Assembly: GCA_044892525.1 (NCBI GenBank)
Contig: CM097885.1
Span: forward strand, 22,384,001 to 22,448,000
DNA length: 64,000 bases
From: Schmidtea polychroa
Taxonomy: Eukaryota
Direction: 5' to 3'
The notes under the pieces were generated by a model. That model did no database searches and was not told where the DNA came from. It worked only from the letters and a program-made list of their open reading frames with translations. Both the position numbers and the translations under genes were made by a program. This document shows, piece by piece, positions 13,646 to 29,404 of the stretch (its first letter is position 1; every line of letters starts with the position of its first letter).

Positions 13646-13685
13646 GGAGATTGATAAGGACTATCGTATAGTCGAAAATTCTTTC
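13646..13685 (+). ncRNA. Candidate minimal hammerhead ribozyme (U3-A8 core variant) in the PLE 3' region
   Basis: GAGA-TTGATAA-G-GACTAT-CGT-ATAGTC-GAAA-ATTC-TTTC: perfect 6-bp stem II followed by GAAA; degenerate second copy on the minus strand at ~16226-16265. Confidence 0.45.
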
Positions 13686-13732
13686 ATTAAATACATTATT
13701 TGCAGCAAAAGGCTTAAATTATCATTTTATTG

Positions 13733-16859
<3,127 letters not shown>

Positions 16860-18495
16860 GAGAATAAATAAAATGGTAAATAAAAGTCATTGTGAATTTA
16901 ACGGAAATTTGATTTATTTAAATTAGCAAATTTTTCAGTCAGAGGCAGGAAATAATTTATATAATTTTTGTATAGTAAAAGCCGAAGCACAAAATGAGTT
17001 GATATTAAAGTTCTTTATGAAACAGAAGGCAGGTAATGTAAAAAACGACCACATTTCAGATTAAATCAAATTATTATTAATTAAATCGATGTGTAAAAAA
17101 TGATTTAATTACGTTATCAAATGACAATATCAAATAATTAAATGATTTAATTGAGATTTGCTGTAGAAATAAATGAGAAAATGCCATTCGGTATAATTGA
17201 TCAATGCTAAAATGTCAGTCAAATAATAGAATTTCAATCGGAAACATCAAATGTTACAAATCATAAACAATGCAGGGGGTCGTTTCAATATTCTAGCAAT
17301 ATTGGGATAAAAATTCAATTATGACTAAAAGATATTGTTTCCATAATCTTCATTTGTTTTAGATAATAGATCAGAGGAGTCAGTAGGGACCGTGACATAC
17401 CAGTCAGCCAAAGTGAATTTTAGTCAATCCAATAAAAATAAAATTAATTTAAGTCAATTTTTTCTAAAAGAAAAATAATTAATAAAAGTTTTTTGATATT
17501 AAAAATTTGCATGAACCGAGCCTTGTGATCATTTCTCATATTATGAATGACAACAATATAGTGACCACCGTCTGTTCGCCTATGACTCGTGCATGCGCGA
17601 GTTATTTGAGAAATTCCGAAAAAATGAAATTTTAAAATGAAATGAAATTAAAATTAAAACCTGTATAAAATCCTATAGGAAGTATTTAAAATTTATATTA
17701 CAACCGATTGATGTCCGCTTGGAAAGATCATTCCAAACTTTTTACAGTGATAAAAATGATAAATATATAATCTCAGCTTTATAAGATTCTGAAATGCAAA
17801 CAAAACTTGGTAACATTAAGAAATCTTCTTACATGTGTTTTTGAAATGGATTTACGAATGGTCTACATCGAAGTCTCAAGATTCAATTTCTAAAGCATTC
17901 ACAGTTTGTTGAATTACGCATGAATTTTCTATTGATAGCTTATTTGATTTACATCCCATTTTGCGTTCTTCTTTTGAAGAAAAAGATTAGAAAACTTAGA
18001 AATAACTGAAAATTTCCCTGAATCGAATCAGGTTTAATGGACGGAAAGCTAAAACAGTAGTTCTTTATATAGATTGATTTATGATGCATTAGGGTTGTGC
18101 AATGACTTTGAAAAATGGTTAACTGATATTCAGGAAAAGGTCATACAAATGATTGAAACTGATCCGGAACTTTCAGAATTGTTCGATGAAGATGAGAAAA
18201 CCTTGATAAAGAATGAGAAATTAACCTAACTGCCTACAAATTATTGTCAAGATTTTATAAGAAATCATAGACATTTCACATTTTAAATTATCTATGTGGA
18301 TTTTAATGGAAAAATTATTTCAAAAAGATTATTAAATAAATATCAAAATTTAAAAATTTATAAACCTTATCACCCATAATTTATTATTTTATCAAAGATT
18401 TAGTAAATGATTTTTAACAGTAATTTTAACAAACCAATAACAAAATGCATTGACTATGCACTTGGAAAATTTAGTCTAGATACCTTAGTCTAGAT

Positions 18496-18530
18496 CAAGG
18501 GTCTCCAAACTTTCCAGCCTTAGGGCCATA
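18496..18530 (+). mobile_element. Orphan hAT (Charlie/Buster-type) terminus
   Basis: CAAGGGTCTCCAAACTTT directly after GTCTAGAT, matching the NTCTAGAN target preference; no partner end seen. Confidence 0.5.
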
Positions 18531-19719
18531 CTGATTACTCCAGTAAGTTCCGAGAGCCAAAACCATATTATCATTGTTGCCGGTGGTAAAAAGTGAAATA
18601 GTACATTGATGAAAAAAAGGTCGGAAAAAGTACGCAACGTTTAAAAAAGGCTGAAAATCGGACTAAAGTCCGCAAAACGGCAAAACTGCATATTATTAAT
18701 TTTCCCGTCATTATCTGTAATTTCTAGATTAGTCGTAGAGTACGAGCCATGAGGAGTAACGTGACACGACATCTGGTGGACACAAGCGGAAATAGGTAGT
18801 ACTGTCTATCGCTAACAGATGGCGCTAATAGCACGTACAGAATAATCTCGTTGGTTCGAGAAAGTTCTGGTGTCTTCCACTCACTTCTAGATGGCAGTAA
18901 TTGGAATATATAAGAAGGCTAGTGGCGCAACCACAAGTCAGTTCATATGACACTGTTGTGAAATAAAATAGTGCGTACCTCCTTAAAACGTGTTTGTGCG
19001 TGTTTAAGCTTAAGACATCTTTGTAACAATACACCAAATTCAGAAATTTAATAACCTCTTTAATTCACGTTGGTGTGCGCACCAGTTGAGGTGAGTCACC
19101 ATTTACGTGAAAATGAAGTTATTAAATTTCATTTATTCAATTTATTAAAAATGGTTTTCAGGTAATTTTTTTAATTTCAAGTAACTTTTAAGACTTGAAT
19201 TTTGATTTTATATAATTATGAGATCATTATTCAAGTTCTTAAATATTATTGTTAGTCAGCATTTATAATATAACATTGATAATAATTAAATTTCAGGTGT
19301 TTTTTAGGAATTTTATGAAATTCAATGATTTTTTATTTGGAATTATTTCAATAAAATGTAAGTTAGATATATTTTTAACTAAATAAATAAACTAATTACC
19401 GAAAACATTAATTTTTTAATGCAATTAGGAAAGAAATGGATGAAATAGTTTTTTAAATTTTTATAATCTTTCTCCAGCTCATTTTCGATGGCCCCATATT
19501 TTTAATATTTATAAATGATTGCTTTAATTAAAGATTTGGTCATTCCTAGTAATCTTCCAAATTCTTGGTAATTGTTAGGGTTGTCAAGTGTTAATCATAA
19601 AAAAAGAGAACATTATAAAAATTATTTTATTCATATTAATTTTTTTTTAAATTGTAATATATACTAAAACAAATTGCACTTCCAATTCATTTGCAAATAA
19701 AATAATAAGTCAATATAAT

Positions 19720-21002
19720 TTAATATAATGATTTTTTATAGCAATTCATGCAATTTAAATTGAATTTATTTATTTCACTGTGCAATTCCCTTTCTTCAAT
19801 TTCAGATGAAATAGATTTCACTTTGATTGGTAAAAATGATTTGCTATATCTATGTCTCAATGTTTCTGTCAATGAGTTTATTGTAGCCATTACTTCAAGC
19901 ACAGAATTTTGCTCAGCTTCAATTTCTAAAATTTTTCCATGAAACACATGCATTAGTGAACTTGCAAATTCTAAATAAGCTTTGCTAAAATCGTTTTCAA
20001 AAAACGATTTTAAAATATGTGGAGAGTTGTCGAGTGATAAAAAATATGCTTTTAAAGCAGAATAAACTTCCAGAACCCTCTTAACAGCAGGATAAAGTGA
20101 TAACCAACGCGTTTTAGAGTGTTTTAATAACGATTTATACTGAATGTCTACAAATTCGCAGAAACCTTTCAACGATTCAGTCCTTATGGTGTAAATAGAA
20201 AAATAGTTATACAGTTTTACAATTATTGATTCTAAGTCTATTGTCATTAAATCAAATCCATGCTGCGCGGAATTATGAACAATATGAGCTGGACAACCAA
20301 TGCCTATCAAATCCTTTTGAAATTTAATTTTTGAATGGCTGTAAACATTATTCTTCCCAGTTCGTCTCAATCCTCCAAAATTCGTATTGCAGTTATCTGC
20401 AGAAAATGCAATACATTTGTCTACAATATTGTATTTTTTTAAACATGTATGTAAATGTTCACTTATTGTTTCTGATGTTTCGTTTGGCAAAGAATATAAA
20501 TCGATCATTTTTGTTAATTTGCCACTATTTTTTTCAAAAAACTGAATTACGACTGGAAACATTTTAATTGCACCATGATTACTACCATCAGTTGAAACTG
20601 ATAAGAATGATATTTGTGATAATGAATGCATTATATTTTCTATACAATATGGAGCAATGATGTTATTGGCGATGCATCTTGTTTTTGTCTTTCCAGATGA
20701 AATCCGTTTAGCTACTTCTGAATCATCAAGCATTTTTGCCAGCAGTTTGTTTGTACAAACGGTGGAGTTATAACTATAATGATGCTTTAATGTGTGAAAA
20801 GCTAACTAGCTCCTATACGAATGATTTGTGTATGTTTTTTTAAAGCTACATGCTGTTCCAAATCGTATTTTCCTTTGTTTGCGACCGAAACGGTTATGTT
20901 GCACACCGTGTAAATTGCCTCCGACTTCGAATTCGGTGTTGGTTTAAAACATTTGAATTTAGCTTGTAGTTCTTCACTAAATAAGCACTTTCGCTTACTC
21001 AT
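19720..21002 (-). pseudogene. hAT-superfamily transposase, disrupted
   Basis: N-terminal BED-like finger remnant (20802-21002), then VSTDGSNHG, FSADNCNTNFGG, GCPAHIVHN (CxxH) and TRWLSL; C-terminal dimerisation region missing or broken. Confidence 0.85.
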
Positions 21003-21413
21003 TTTGGAGCTAAGAATTAAAAAATCAAATAATATAGCTTTTTAACTTACATGTTTATTTTCACAGAAAATTAATAAAGTCAATTGCTATTGCAACTGAA
21101 AATATAGTCAGAAATTCCGAATACGACTAATAAAAGTTTTTTGTTTATTTTATTAAATAAATTACCAATCAAACGCGATGTCAGAAACAGAATAATTTAT
21201 CGATATGTAACATATTGTTTTGTCAGGGTGAAAAGTGATAAATTATTCATGGATTGCTAAGCTTTCTTTTGTGCACTTATTTAAATTTAGGACATAAAAC
21301 TGCATGTGTGCAAAGTATTTATGTGAGGCAGTACTTTGATCCATTTTTTCCAATTCCAGAGTTTTGAGAACATTTTTTAATTAAAAAGAGGAAGATGTTC
21401 GAAAGAAATTGTA

Positions 21414-21555
<142 letters not shown>

Positions 21556-21721
21556 AATATATTTTATCTACAGAATTCCAAATAGGCAATACTTCTAGAT
21601 TCCAATACCAATCTTAGACATTGTCCGGATTACTGACAATTTCAGGGGATCTTGATTGATTCAATAATTGAACTGAATTTTTTCCCTGAGAAATTCGTGG
21701 TCACGTCAATGAAAAAATACA

Positions 21722-22027
21722 AAATTATACAAAACAAACCAAAATATTTTAACAAGAAACATTTATGATATCGTTCCAAAAGATAATTTCGAAGAAATTA
21801 AGTTTAGTGATATTGAAAACAAACAAAATGCAAATTTTTCACTGCATGTTACATTCATTTGGAACACTAATGGGAAAATCGAGAATTTCTTAGCCCATTC
21901 TGAAGACAATCCAACTTCAAAGAACATCAAACGGGCTGTCGTAAACATGTTCAACTTTAAATTGACTCTTTTAGACAGAGACTGGAATCGCTCCGGAAGG
22001 AGCTACGTTGAGCCAATCGACGCAAGT
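21722..22027 (+). pseudogene. Exon-like segment resembling a vitellogenin/large lipid transfer protein N-terminal domain
   Basis: Open frame ...VTFIWNTNGKIENFLAHSEDNPTSKNIKRAVVNMFNFKL...VEPIDAS then GT; resembles the NIKRGI motif of LLTP proteins. In-frame stop just upstream. Confidence 0.35.
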
Positions 22028-22967
22028 GTACATGCGTTAATATATTTTAATTAAACTTGTTGAAATATTTCATTTAAAATGAAATTTCTTTTGCTTTTTG
22101 AAGTTGTTTTTTTTGGTTTTTCAATTTCCATTCAATCAAATTCCCATCAAAAAAACCGGAAACGAACCATTGAGAATGAGTTTAATGAAATGGAAAAATC
22201 AAGAATTTTGCTTCCTTATTAATAATTGGAAAATTAATTTTATTTTATCTGTTTTCGACAAATTTATGATTAATTTATCAATAAAGGTGAGCTTATTAAT
22301 ATAATGCTATCTAGGATGGAATTGAAGGAAAATGTGATTGGTGGGGTTCTTCTCCATATTGAACCTTTCAAAGGTCTTTAACATTGATGAGATAAATTAC
22401 TTTGAGGAAGTTCAAGTCCATTAATAACTGTAGAAATAAAGCCGACTAATTTTCAACTGTATAAATCAAATGTAATACTTGAGGATGGAAATTTGGATGT
22501 TTCCTAACAGTGTTTCCTAAACTTTTTGTGTCATGCCCCACACGAGTGTTAACAAATTCCTAATGCCCCAAGTTTGACAATTTTTTAATCCCTGAATTTT
22601 TTCTAAGATTTATCTTTAATAAAGCGGCGCAAAATTAATTTTTTTATCTTTGTGCGTGAATAAAGAGTAACGTTTTTAAATAGCTTACATACCATGCCAC
22701 CAACTTCCGAAAAATTCAAATTTAAGATTGCCCATCTGAAACCTTGCATTGTCAGTTTCTAATTCTGATTTTGAAAAGTTGTAGTTGGATCATAAGCTTT
22801 GTCCTACCGAATAAAAATATTAACTAAGCAGCTAACATTATTTAATGGTTGATTTCGCATCCCAATATACTTGAAAAAAGATTAGTGATGAAAGAGACAA
22901 GGGAATTTTATTCATAGTAATAACTAAAAATTTGAACATATTGAAAAGGATGATCTTCTCGAATTAA

Positions 22968-23611
22968 TCAGGCTTCATAATAAGTTCTCATTCTGTCTAT
23001 GAATGGTTTATTTGCAGATACATCGAGAGGTTGTAATTGAGTCGTCATTCCTTCTGGGATTATTACGACATCACATTTTTTTCTCTTTATTTTAAGTTTA
23101 ACGTCATCAGTCAAATGTCCTCGGAACGCATCTATGCTTCGTCTCTTTAAAAGAGCACAAGGTCTCTTCTTCAAGACAGTTTTTACCCAATCTTTCATCA
23201 ATTCTGACGTCATTCAGGCATTCTTATGTGCTCGAATTACAACACCCTTAGGAAAATTCTCCTTGGGTATGGTTTTTTTGTTTAAAATAATAAAAGCTGG
23301 TAATTTTGCTTTAAATATGAGTCCAGAATGTTTAGTACACTCTCTAGCTTTAACCATAACTGAGTCCCTCTTTTCTGGTAAACCTTTACTTCGTAATTCC
23401 TTCACATAAGAGCAGACAACGGCGTCAATTGCATGATATCTTCCGATTTTAGGCCCCGAGAAAGATTTCCGTATATTTTACATTGAAATAATTTTTCATT
23501 CTTCCTCTCCAACGACGCACATTGTTTACCGCCTGCGCGATTTCCGATTTCTTCAGCACACAAAATTACTTTTCTTTTGAATTTAGCATCATATGTGAAG
23601 CGCTTATTCAT
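22968..23611 (-). pseudogene. pogo-family (POGK-like) transposase relic
   Basis: MNKRFTYDAKFKRKVI (Brinker-like DNA-binding domain) and DDE_1 motifs DAFRGHLT and IIPEGMTTQLQPLDVSANKPF; several stops and deletions. Confidence 0.85.
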
Positions 23612-25655
23612 GATAATAATTAATGAACCGTTAATAAAAATTGTAATAAATAAAGCAAAATTAAAACACGAACAAACACGACTAGACACGACTGAAGTCA
23701 AACATTTACTGAATTAGAAAATTGAAACAAATATATTTTAATACAAACATCTTAAAGTTTCTTTCAGATTGTTCGGACAAGAAATAAAAATACAAAATTT
23801 TGATTCGAGAATGCTTGACTACTTGAGATGAACATTTTACGGATTTTTTTACGCTCGACAATCTCATCAAATTTAATTTTCAATTTTTCAAAATTTTCCA
23901 TTGGAAAATTACAATTCTTCGTTGATGGGAGTTGAGTATATTTCACACTTTTATCGATTGTTACACATGGGTTACCAATTAGAGTTACAGCAAGTTTAGG
24001 AGGAAGATAAACGTCAACTCCATCTAAAATTCAATCTCCAACCATCCGTCTCATTCAAACAAACATTGACCTCACGAGTTCATTTAAACAATTAAAATTA
24101 TGAATTAGAAAATGAAACTCTTGGAGAATTATCAAATCGATTAATTATTTCTTTTTCCTTTAGTTTATCTATGAAAGAAAGAATGAAAATGATAGAATTT
24201 AATTTTTTCAGTCCCGAAATACCTCTTTATATTGGAAAATTGTGGCGGAAAATCCCAGTCAAAACATATTTTTCCACAAACGAGTTCGATTTAAATCAGA
24301 AAATAACCTTGACAAAGATTGATCCAATTGCTTTTGAAGAAGACGAAAACATAAAACCATACTTCAACCCTTTCTATTTGAGTCGAACATTGGAATTACA
24401 TATTATTATGATCTCATTTCTGTTGGGTTTTATTAATTCAAGTCGGTAACTTCTGACTCCACGTGTTCCTTCAATCCTAAATAACAAAACAATAAACTCC
24501 CCAAAGTATTTTTGAATCAAAAATCTCTTAAAATCCAATGATACAATCAACGACACAGTTTTACCAGTTTAATCGGTGCTCCTCTCGGCGCTAATGCTTT
24601 ATCAATATTCACCGTTTAATCGAACTTTTACTATTTGATCAGGTCCGCTTCAAATTCAATTTTCTTCTCACGTCTCAAATATTTCCTAACCCTATTCGTT
24701 CGTTTCCCTAACTTCCTGATTACCCTAAGCTCGGTTTCTTCGTGTCACTAGTTGAGGCAGAATGCCCATTTGCTCTGCTTTTCCCATTACTTATATACTC
24801 TGCAAAATCGGGACGACAATTGGTTATTGCCGAGCCAATCTCTCTCTTGATATTCGAATCCACATATCTGCTTCGGCTGTCACCATGAATGGTTCAACGA
24901 ACAAAGATAATTAATGGCCCGCCGGGTCTTTCTGCACGCACTATCTTTTTCTTGGTCTTCTACCATTAATCATTATGACAAGATAATGGGCCCAAATCTT
25001 CCTTCTGTTTACTTTCTTTGTTTAGCCAACTCGGAATTTCTTTCTACTAGCTAATTAATTAATTAATTAATTAATTAATTTCATTTTCTTGTTTTTCCTC
25101 TTTTACGCACCTTTTCACACTCTCCCTAGAACTTTCTGAAAATTCCGTTATCATCATGTTATTCCCCGCTATTTGTTCCCCCATGAACAATTTTCCAGAC
25201 TATAATTCAAATTTATGAATCTTATATCGATTTTTCTCGATTCACCTTTTTTGTGCTTTTCCCATATACTAATGCACCTTCTCGAGCCTTTCTACCCATT
25301 TTAGTTCTTCGCACTGTCAATTCTCTCCTTGGCAAATATAATTCAATTTTAATTTTAACTATTTTATAACCCCAAAAATTTCAATTATGGAAATTATAAG
25401 TTGTTAAAATAAGATGCCGGAGACTTTTCATGGATATAAAACTAAAGAAACGTGACAGTGAGCCATACACCCGTTTAATCTTTGAAATTTTTGTTCACGT
25501 TTTTTCAGTCGTCAATATGACAATTAATTTTTACATTAAAATTATTTTTTCACAAATAATAAAAATAATAATAAATTTATAATAATGATAATAATAATAT
25601 TAAACAATTAAATGATAATTTAAGTTTTTTGCCGCGAATAACATATTTAATACAG

Positions 25656-25731
<76 letters not shown>

Positions 25732-26009
25732 CAACATTTCATTATTTTCATTTCGACTATAGATCAATGTTACTCAACCCGAAACGTACCGCTGACCAAA
25801 ACTCTATCTATTCTTTGTACACTGACCAATTTTATTTTTTCACTGCCCAATATTGGATAGTGGACGAGCGGTTGAGAAACGCTTCTATAGGTCAAAAGTC
25901 TTTTTTACTTATTAAGTGTTATTTAATTTAACCAACTATTTGCAAACATTGACCTTTTATTTTTATTTTATGTTTTAACCTAATTCTATTGGATAGTAAA
26001 CAAAACGAA

Positions 26010-26813
26010 TCATGATTCTTGATGATTCATGATTCTCTGATTCGAGTGAATACAGGAAAGAAAATGCATTGTAACTTTAATTTCAATCAAATCATTTACA
26101 TAAAGCTGTATTCCAATAACATGATCTAGATCACTTGTCATCAAATGTTTTTCGATTAACCTTTTTTCATAAACATGTCCTGATAATCTATTAAGAACTG
26201 GAACTTCAGGAATTTCGTTGGAAACAGAACAATTTAATGACATTTCAAAGAAAATTAGAATTTCCGACTCCCAAATCTGGATAGACGATATTTTTGGCGA
26301 GAAGATAAATTTGTTAATCTCACACATTTCCAACGCGCATAAATATCATCCTTCAGATACATTCCATAGCATTAAAGTTCCGTCCCATGATCCAGACAAT
26401 GCAAATTGACCATCATTTGACATAACAACACCAATTTCAAAGTCATCCCAAATAATCATAGATTTATCCCTTGATTCAGAAATAAGACTGTTTGGATAGA
26501 TGTTGGTTGCAATCTTTGATTTTGAAGCAGCCATAATCATACGACCAATGATTTTCAGTGTTTCTGGTTTCCATGAAATAAACGCCAAAGTACCCTGATA
26601 GTCATATAATGCATAGCAACCTTCTTTAGCATATGTTTCGATCATGTGTAATCTGAACTTTTCATAATGAGTACCTAATTCCCCAGTTTCTAATCGAATA
26701 ATTCTGTCCTTCTGTTTGTTGAGTTCAAAGATTGCATATTGAAATCTGTGTTGTAATTTAATGTAATTAAGATATTCTTCAACTGAAGGATCACATTTAA
26801 CATCTGAAGCCAT
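26010..26813 (-). pseudogene. Intronless in-frame chimera of cofilin/ADF, RACK1 WD40 fragments and a PRP19 U-box, with one internal TGA
   Basis: aa 1-~103 ADF/cofilin (MASDVKC..., [21 protein letters not shown]); then [31 protein letters not shown] and INKFIFSP..SIQIW (RACK1); then MSLNCSVSNEIPEVPVLNRLSGHVYEKRLIEK (PRP19). Both tracked ORFs are in the same frame. Confidence 0.8.
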
Positions 26814-28049
26814 TTTAACCAGGAACTTTATATTTTAATCCGAAATCTCTTTAAAAAAAACAACCTCAATTCCTCGCGTCTGTGTGCGCACATCAATTTG
26901 ACAAGCAGTTTAATAATAACGCGCACACAGACGCGACAAAAAAAATAAACCCATATACATACCGCCAGTCAGAGGTAAAAGACATTCCCCCTCTGACTGG
27001 TCGAAACACTTGGATTGCTGAATGTTGATGAAAGAATTGTGCTTTTTGATAAATGTTTTAGAGTAAGCCTCTTTTAAATATAAAGTAGATAATCTACAAT
27101 TAAATGATAATAAATTAAATAGTTTGCAAAATAGATTCAATGGTGAAAAAAATAAGACTTAAGATATAATTTTTTCAGTTTTAAGTCTTTCCTGATTGAA
27201 ATTTTCTAAGTGACAGTTAATTTTTTAAATTAATTAATTATTTATTTAGATTTTAATTCCGACTACACCTCCAAAAAAATAACATTGATGTTAGCGAATA
27301 TTAAAATTGTCAATGAAAATGGAAAACTCAGAACTTCATTTTTACTGAATTGTTCAAATTTACATGAAGCTGTCCATAAAATTTTCTTCCACAATAACAA
27401 AGCTGCGCTATCACACATTTTTTGTTATTTAAGCAATTTTATTTATTTTCTAACGAAAAGCACCAAATCCAATATATGTATTTTACTACAATATATTTCG
27501 ACAGAATCACGTTCATCTTCGTGTAGCATTGAAATCAAACTAAATCAATGTAAATTGCTCTTTTTTTAAACAAACTAATTAACTAATGCATTAATTTTTT
27601 TAAAATTAATTTCGCTAAAAATTTACAAAATTCTGTATTTTATATTCAAACTTTAAAAAATTAAAAAACAGGAATTAGATACCACCTTACAACGTTGAAA
27701 TGTCAGATTTCGCAAAAAGAGACAGGACGTAAAACCTTTTATCGGCCGACAGGAAAATGGCAAGCTGGAATAGGGTGAAGGAGTAGTCCTAAGGTAGGGG
27801 CTCACCTGCTCACTATATTCCGCCTTCGTGGCACATTATCAACAAGATGTAAGTCATGGGTGTCATGACGTAAGAACGATCATGGGGTTTGGCTAGCGGT
27901 CGACAAAATCAGTTTTGTTTAAGTTAGATATCTTGTTGTTTTAATAATTAGGAATAAGCAGTTTTGTGAATTAATTAAAACTTGTTATTTATAAATTCTT
28001 TGATTAAATATATATTGTTAGTTTCAAGATTTTTGCTGCAAATTTAAAG

Positions 28050-29357
28050 ATGGATCTAAAGATGGATTTAACTGGCGACTACGCCGAAAATCAAAATATC
28101 AACGCCATTTCGAAATCGACAAAATCGCTAATGGAATGCCTACCGAAATCATGCCAAGACATGCTCACACTGAATATCAAACGATATGATAGACGAGGTT
28201 TAAAAGAAGCCGAAGAATGGATCAGAGATATAGAAGAATGGTTGCTGACAAATGGACAGCGATTGACAAGCACTTTCGATGTGATATTAGTGGCAGAAGC
28301 AAAGACATTGTGGGGAAACGTCAGAGAAACAGAAACAACAGATGTAAAAGCTAAAGCGTGGTTCTTAAATACATTCACAATTACAAAATCAATAACTGAC
28401 AAAATCAGAGAATTGGCAGTTATGGAACAGGAAGATGATGAAAGGTTTGCAGCTTTTGAGATACGGCTAAGAAAAGCTTTAGCTGAAGTTGTAAATTCAG
28501 GACGATCAGACGAAGATATTGTTCAAGACCTCATAGCAAATAAAGCACGCGATGCGAGACTGAGGGAGATACTATTGACGAAACCAGAAACAAAAATTGA
28601 TGAAACGAGATCATTGGCGAAAATATTTGAAAGTAACGAAAATGGAAACCATAAAACAGAATTTGTTAAAGCAATCGATCAAAGAACATACGCTAGCGTG
28701 ACTGAGGGAGGGCAGATGAGAATTCAACAGAATACCCAAAATCCCATGCCTACATCACCACAAAGAAGACAATCAGAAGACCCATTTAGTCACCACAGAT
28801 CAAGAAGAGACGAACGCCCTATACGCGGACCAATACAATATGAAGGAAATAACCATGGTCGTCGAGAACAATCTCCAAGAGAACAATTCTTGAGAAATGC
28901 GAGAATCCCGAATAGCTCAGAAAGGAAGCTGCCAACAATATCCATGAAGAATATAGCAAGGAGGCTGTACAACGAAAGTAGAGGACTACCACAAGCATCG
29001 GTCCCAAAATTAACGGTAGGTGATTGTTTTTGCTGTGGCGAAAAGGGACACAGAAGGTATGAGTGTCCACTGGGAAATAAATGCCTGATATGTGGCAAGG
29101 AAGGTCACGGTTTCCGAGATTGTTTTTCGTTACGGAAGGAGGTTCCACACCGATATCAAAGGATAGCGAGCATAGAAGAAGAAGATTCAAAATCTGAAAG
29201 AAGAGATTACACCGAGAACAGCCAGGATTTCAGAACTGCTCACAGCGACATGGAAGATAGATACAATGTCCTTGAAAAATATACTATATTGAGAGAAGAC
29301 AGAAAAAACAACAGCGACTCCATGGGTTTCATTTCGTCGGTGGAGTCAAGACAATAA
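28050..29357 (+). CDS. gag: Gag with two CCHC zinc knuckles
   Basis: 435 aa; CFCCGEKGHRRYEC and CLICGKEGHGFRDC. Confidence 0.92.
   Translation: MDLKMDLTGDYAENQNINAISKSTKSLMECLPKSCQDMLTLNIKRYDRRGLKEAEEWIRDIEEWLLTNGQRLTSTFDVILVAEAKTLWGNVRETETTDVKAKAWFLNTFTITKSITDKIRELAVMEQEDDERFAAFEIRLRKALAEVVNSGRSDEDIVQDLIANKARDARLREILLTKPETKIDETRSLAKIFESNENGNHKTEFVKAIDQRTYASVTEGGQMRIQQNTQNPMPTSPQRRQSEDPFSHHRSRRDERPIRGPIQYEGNNHGRREQSPREQFLRNARIPNSSERKLPTISMKNIARRLYNESRGLPQASVPKLTVGDCFCCGEKGHRRYECPLGNKCLICGKEGHGFRDCFSLRKEVPHRYQRIASIEEEDSKSERRDYTENSQDFRTAHSDMEDRYNVLEKYTILREDRKNNSDSMGFISSVESRQ
29303..29347 (+). other. -1 programmed ribosomal frameshift signal (gag to pol)
   Basis: A AAA AAC in the gag frame (29303-29309), 6-nt spacer, 7-bp stem GACTCCA/TGGAGTC; the protease ORF lies in the -1 frame. 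Confidence 0.8.
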
Positions 29358-29404
29358 ATTGTGAAATAAGAAATGAACGACGAAGAGACGAGGCAGAAGA
29401 AGAG

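Noticed and set aside
18716..19032. Solo LTR (TGT...ACA, TATATAA, AATAAA)
   Set aside because: No TSD and the boundaries are ambiguous.
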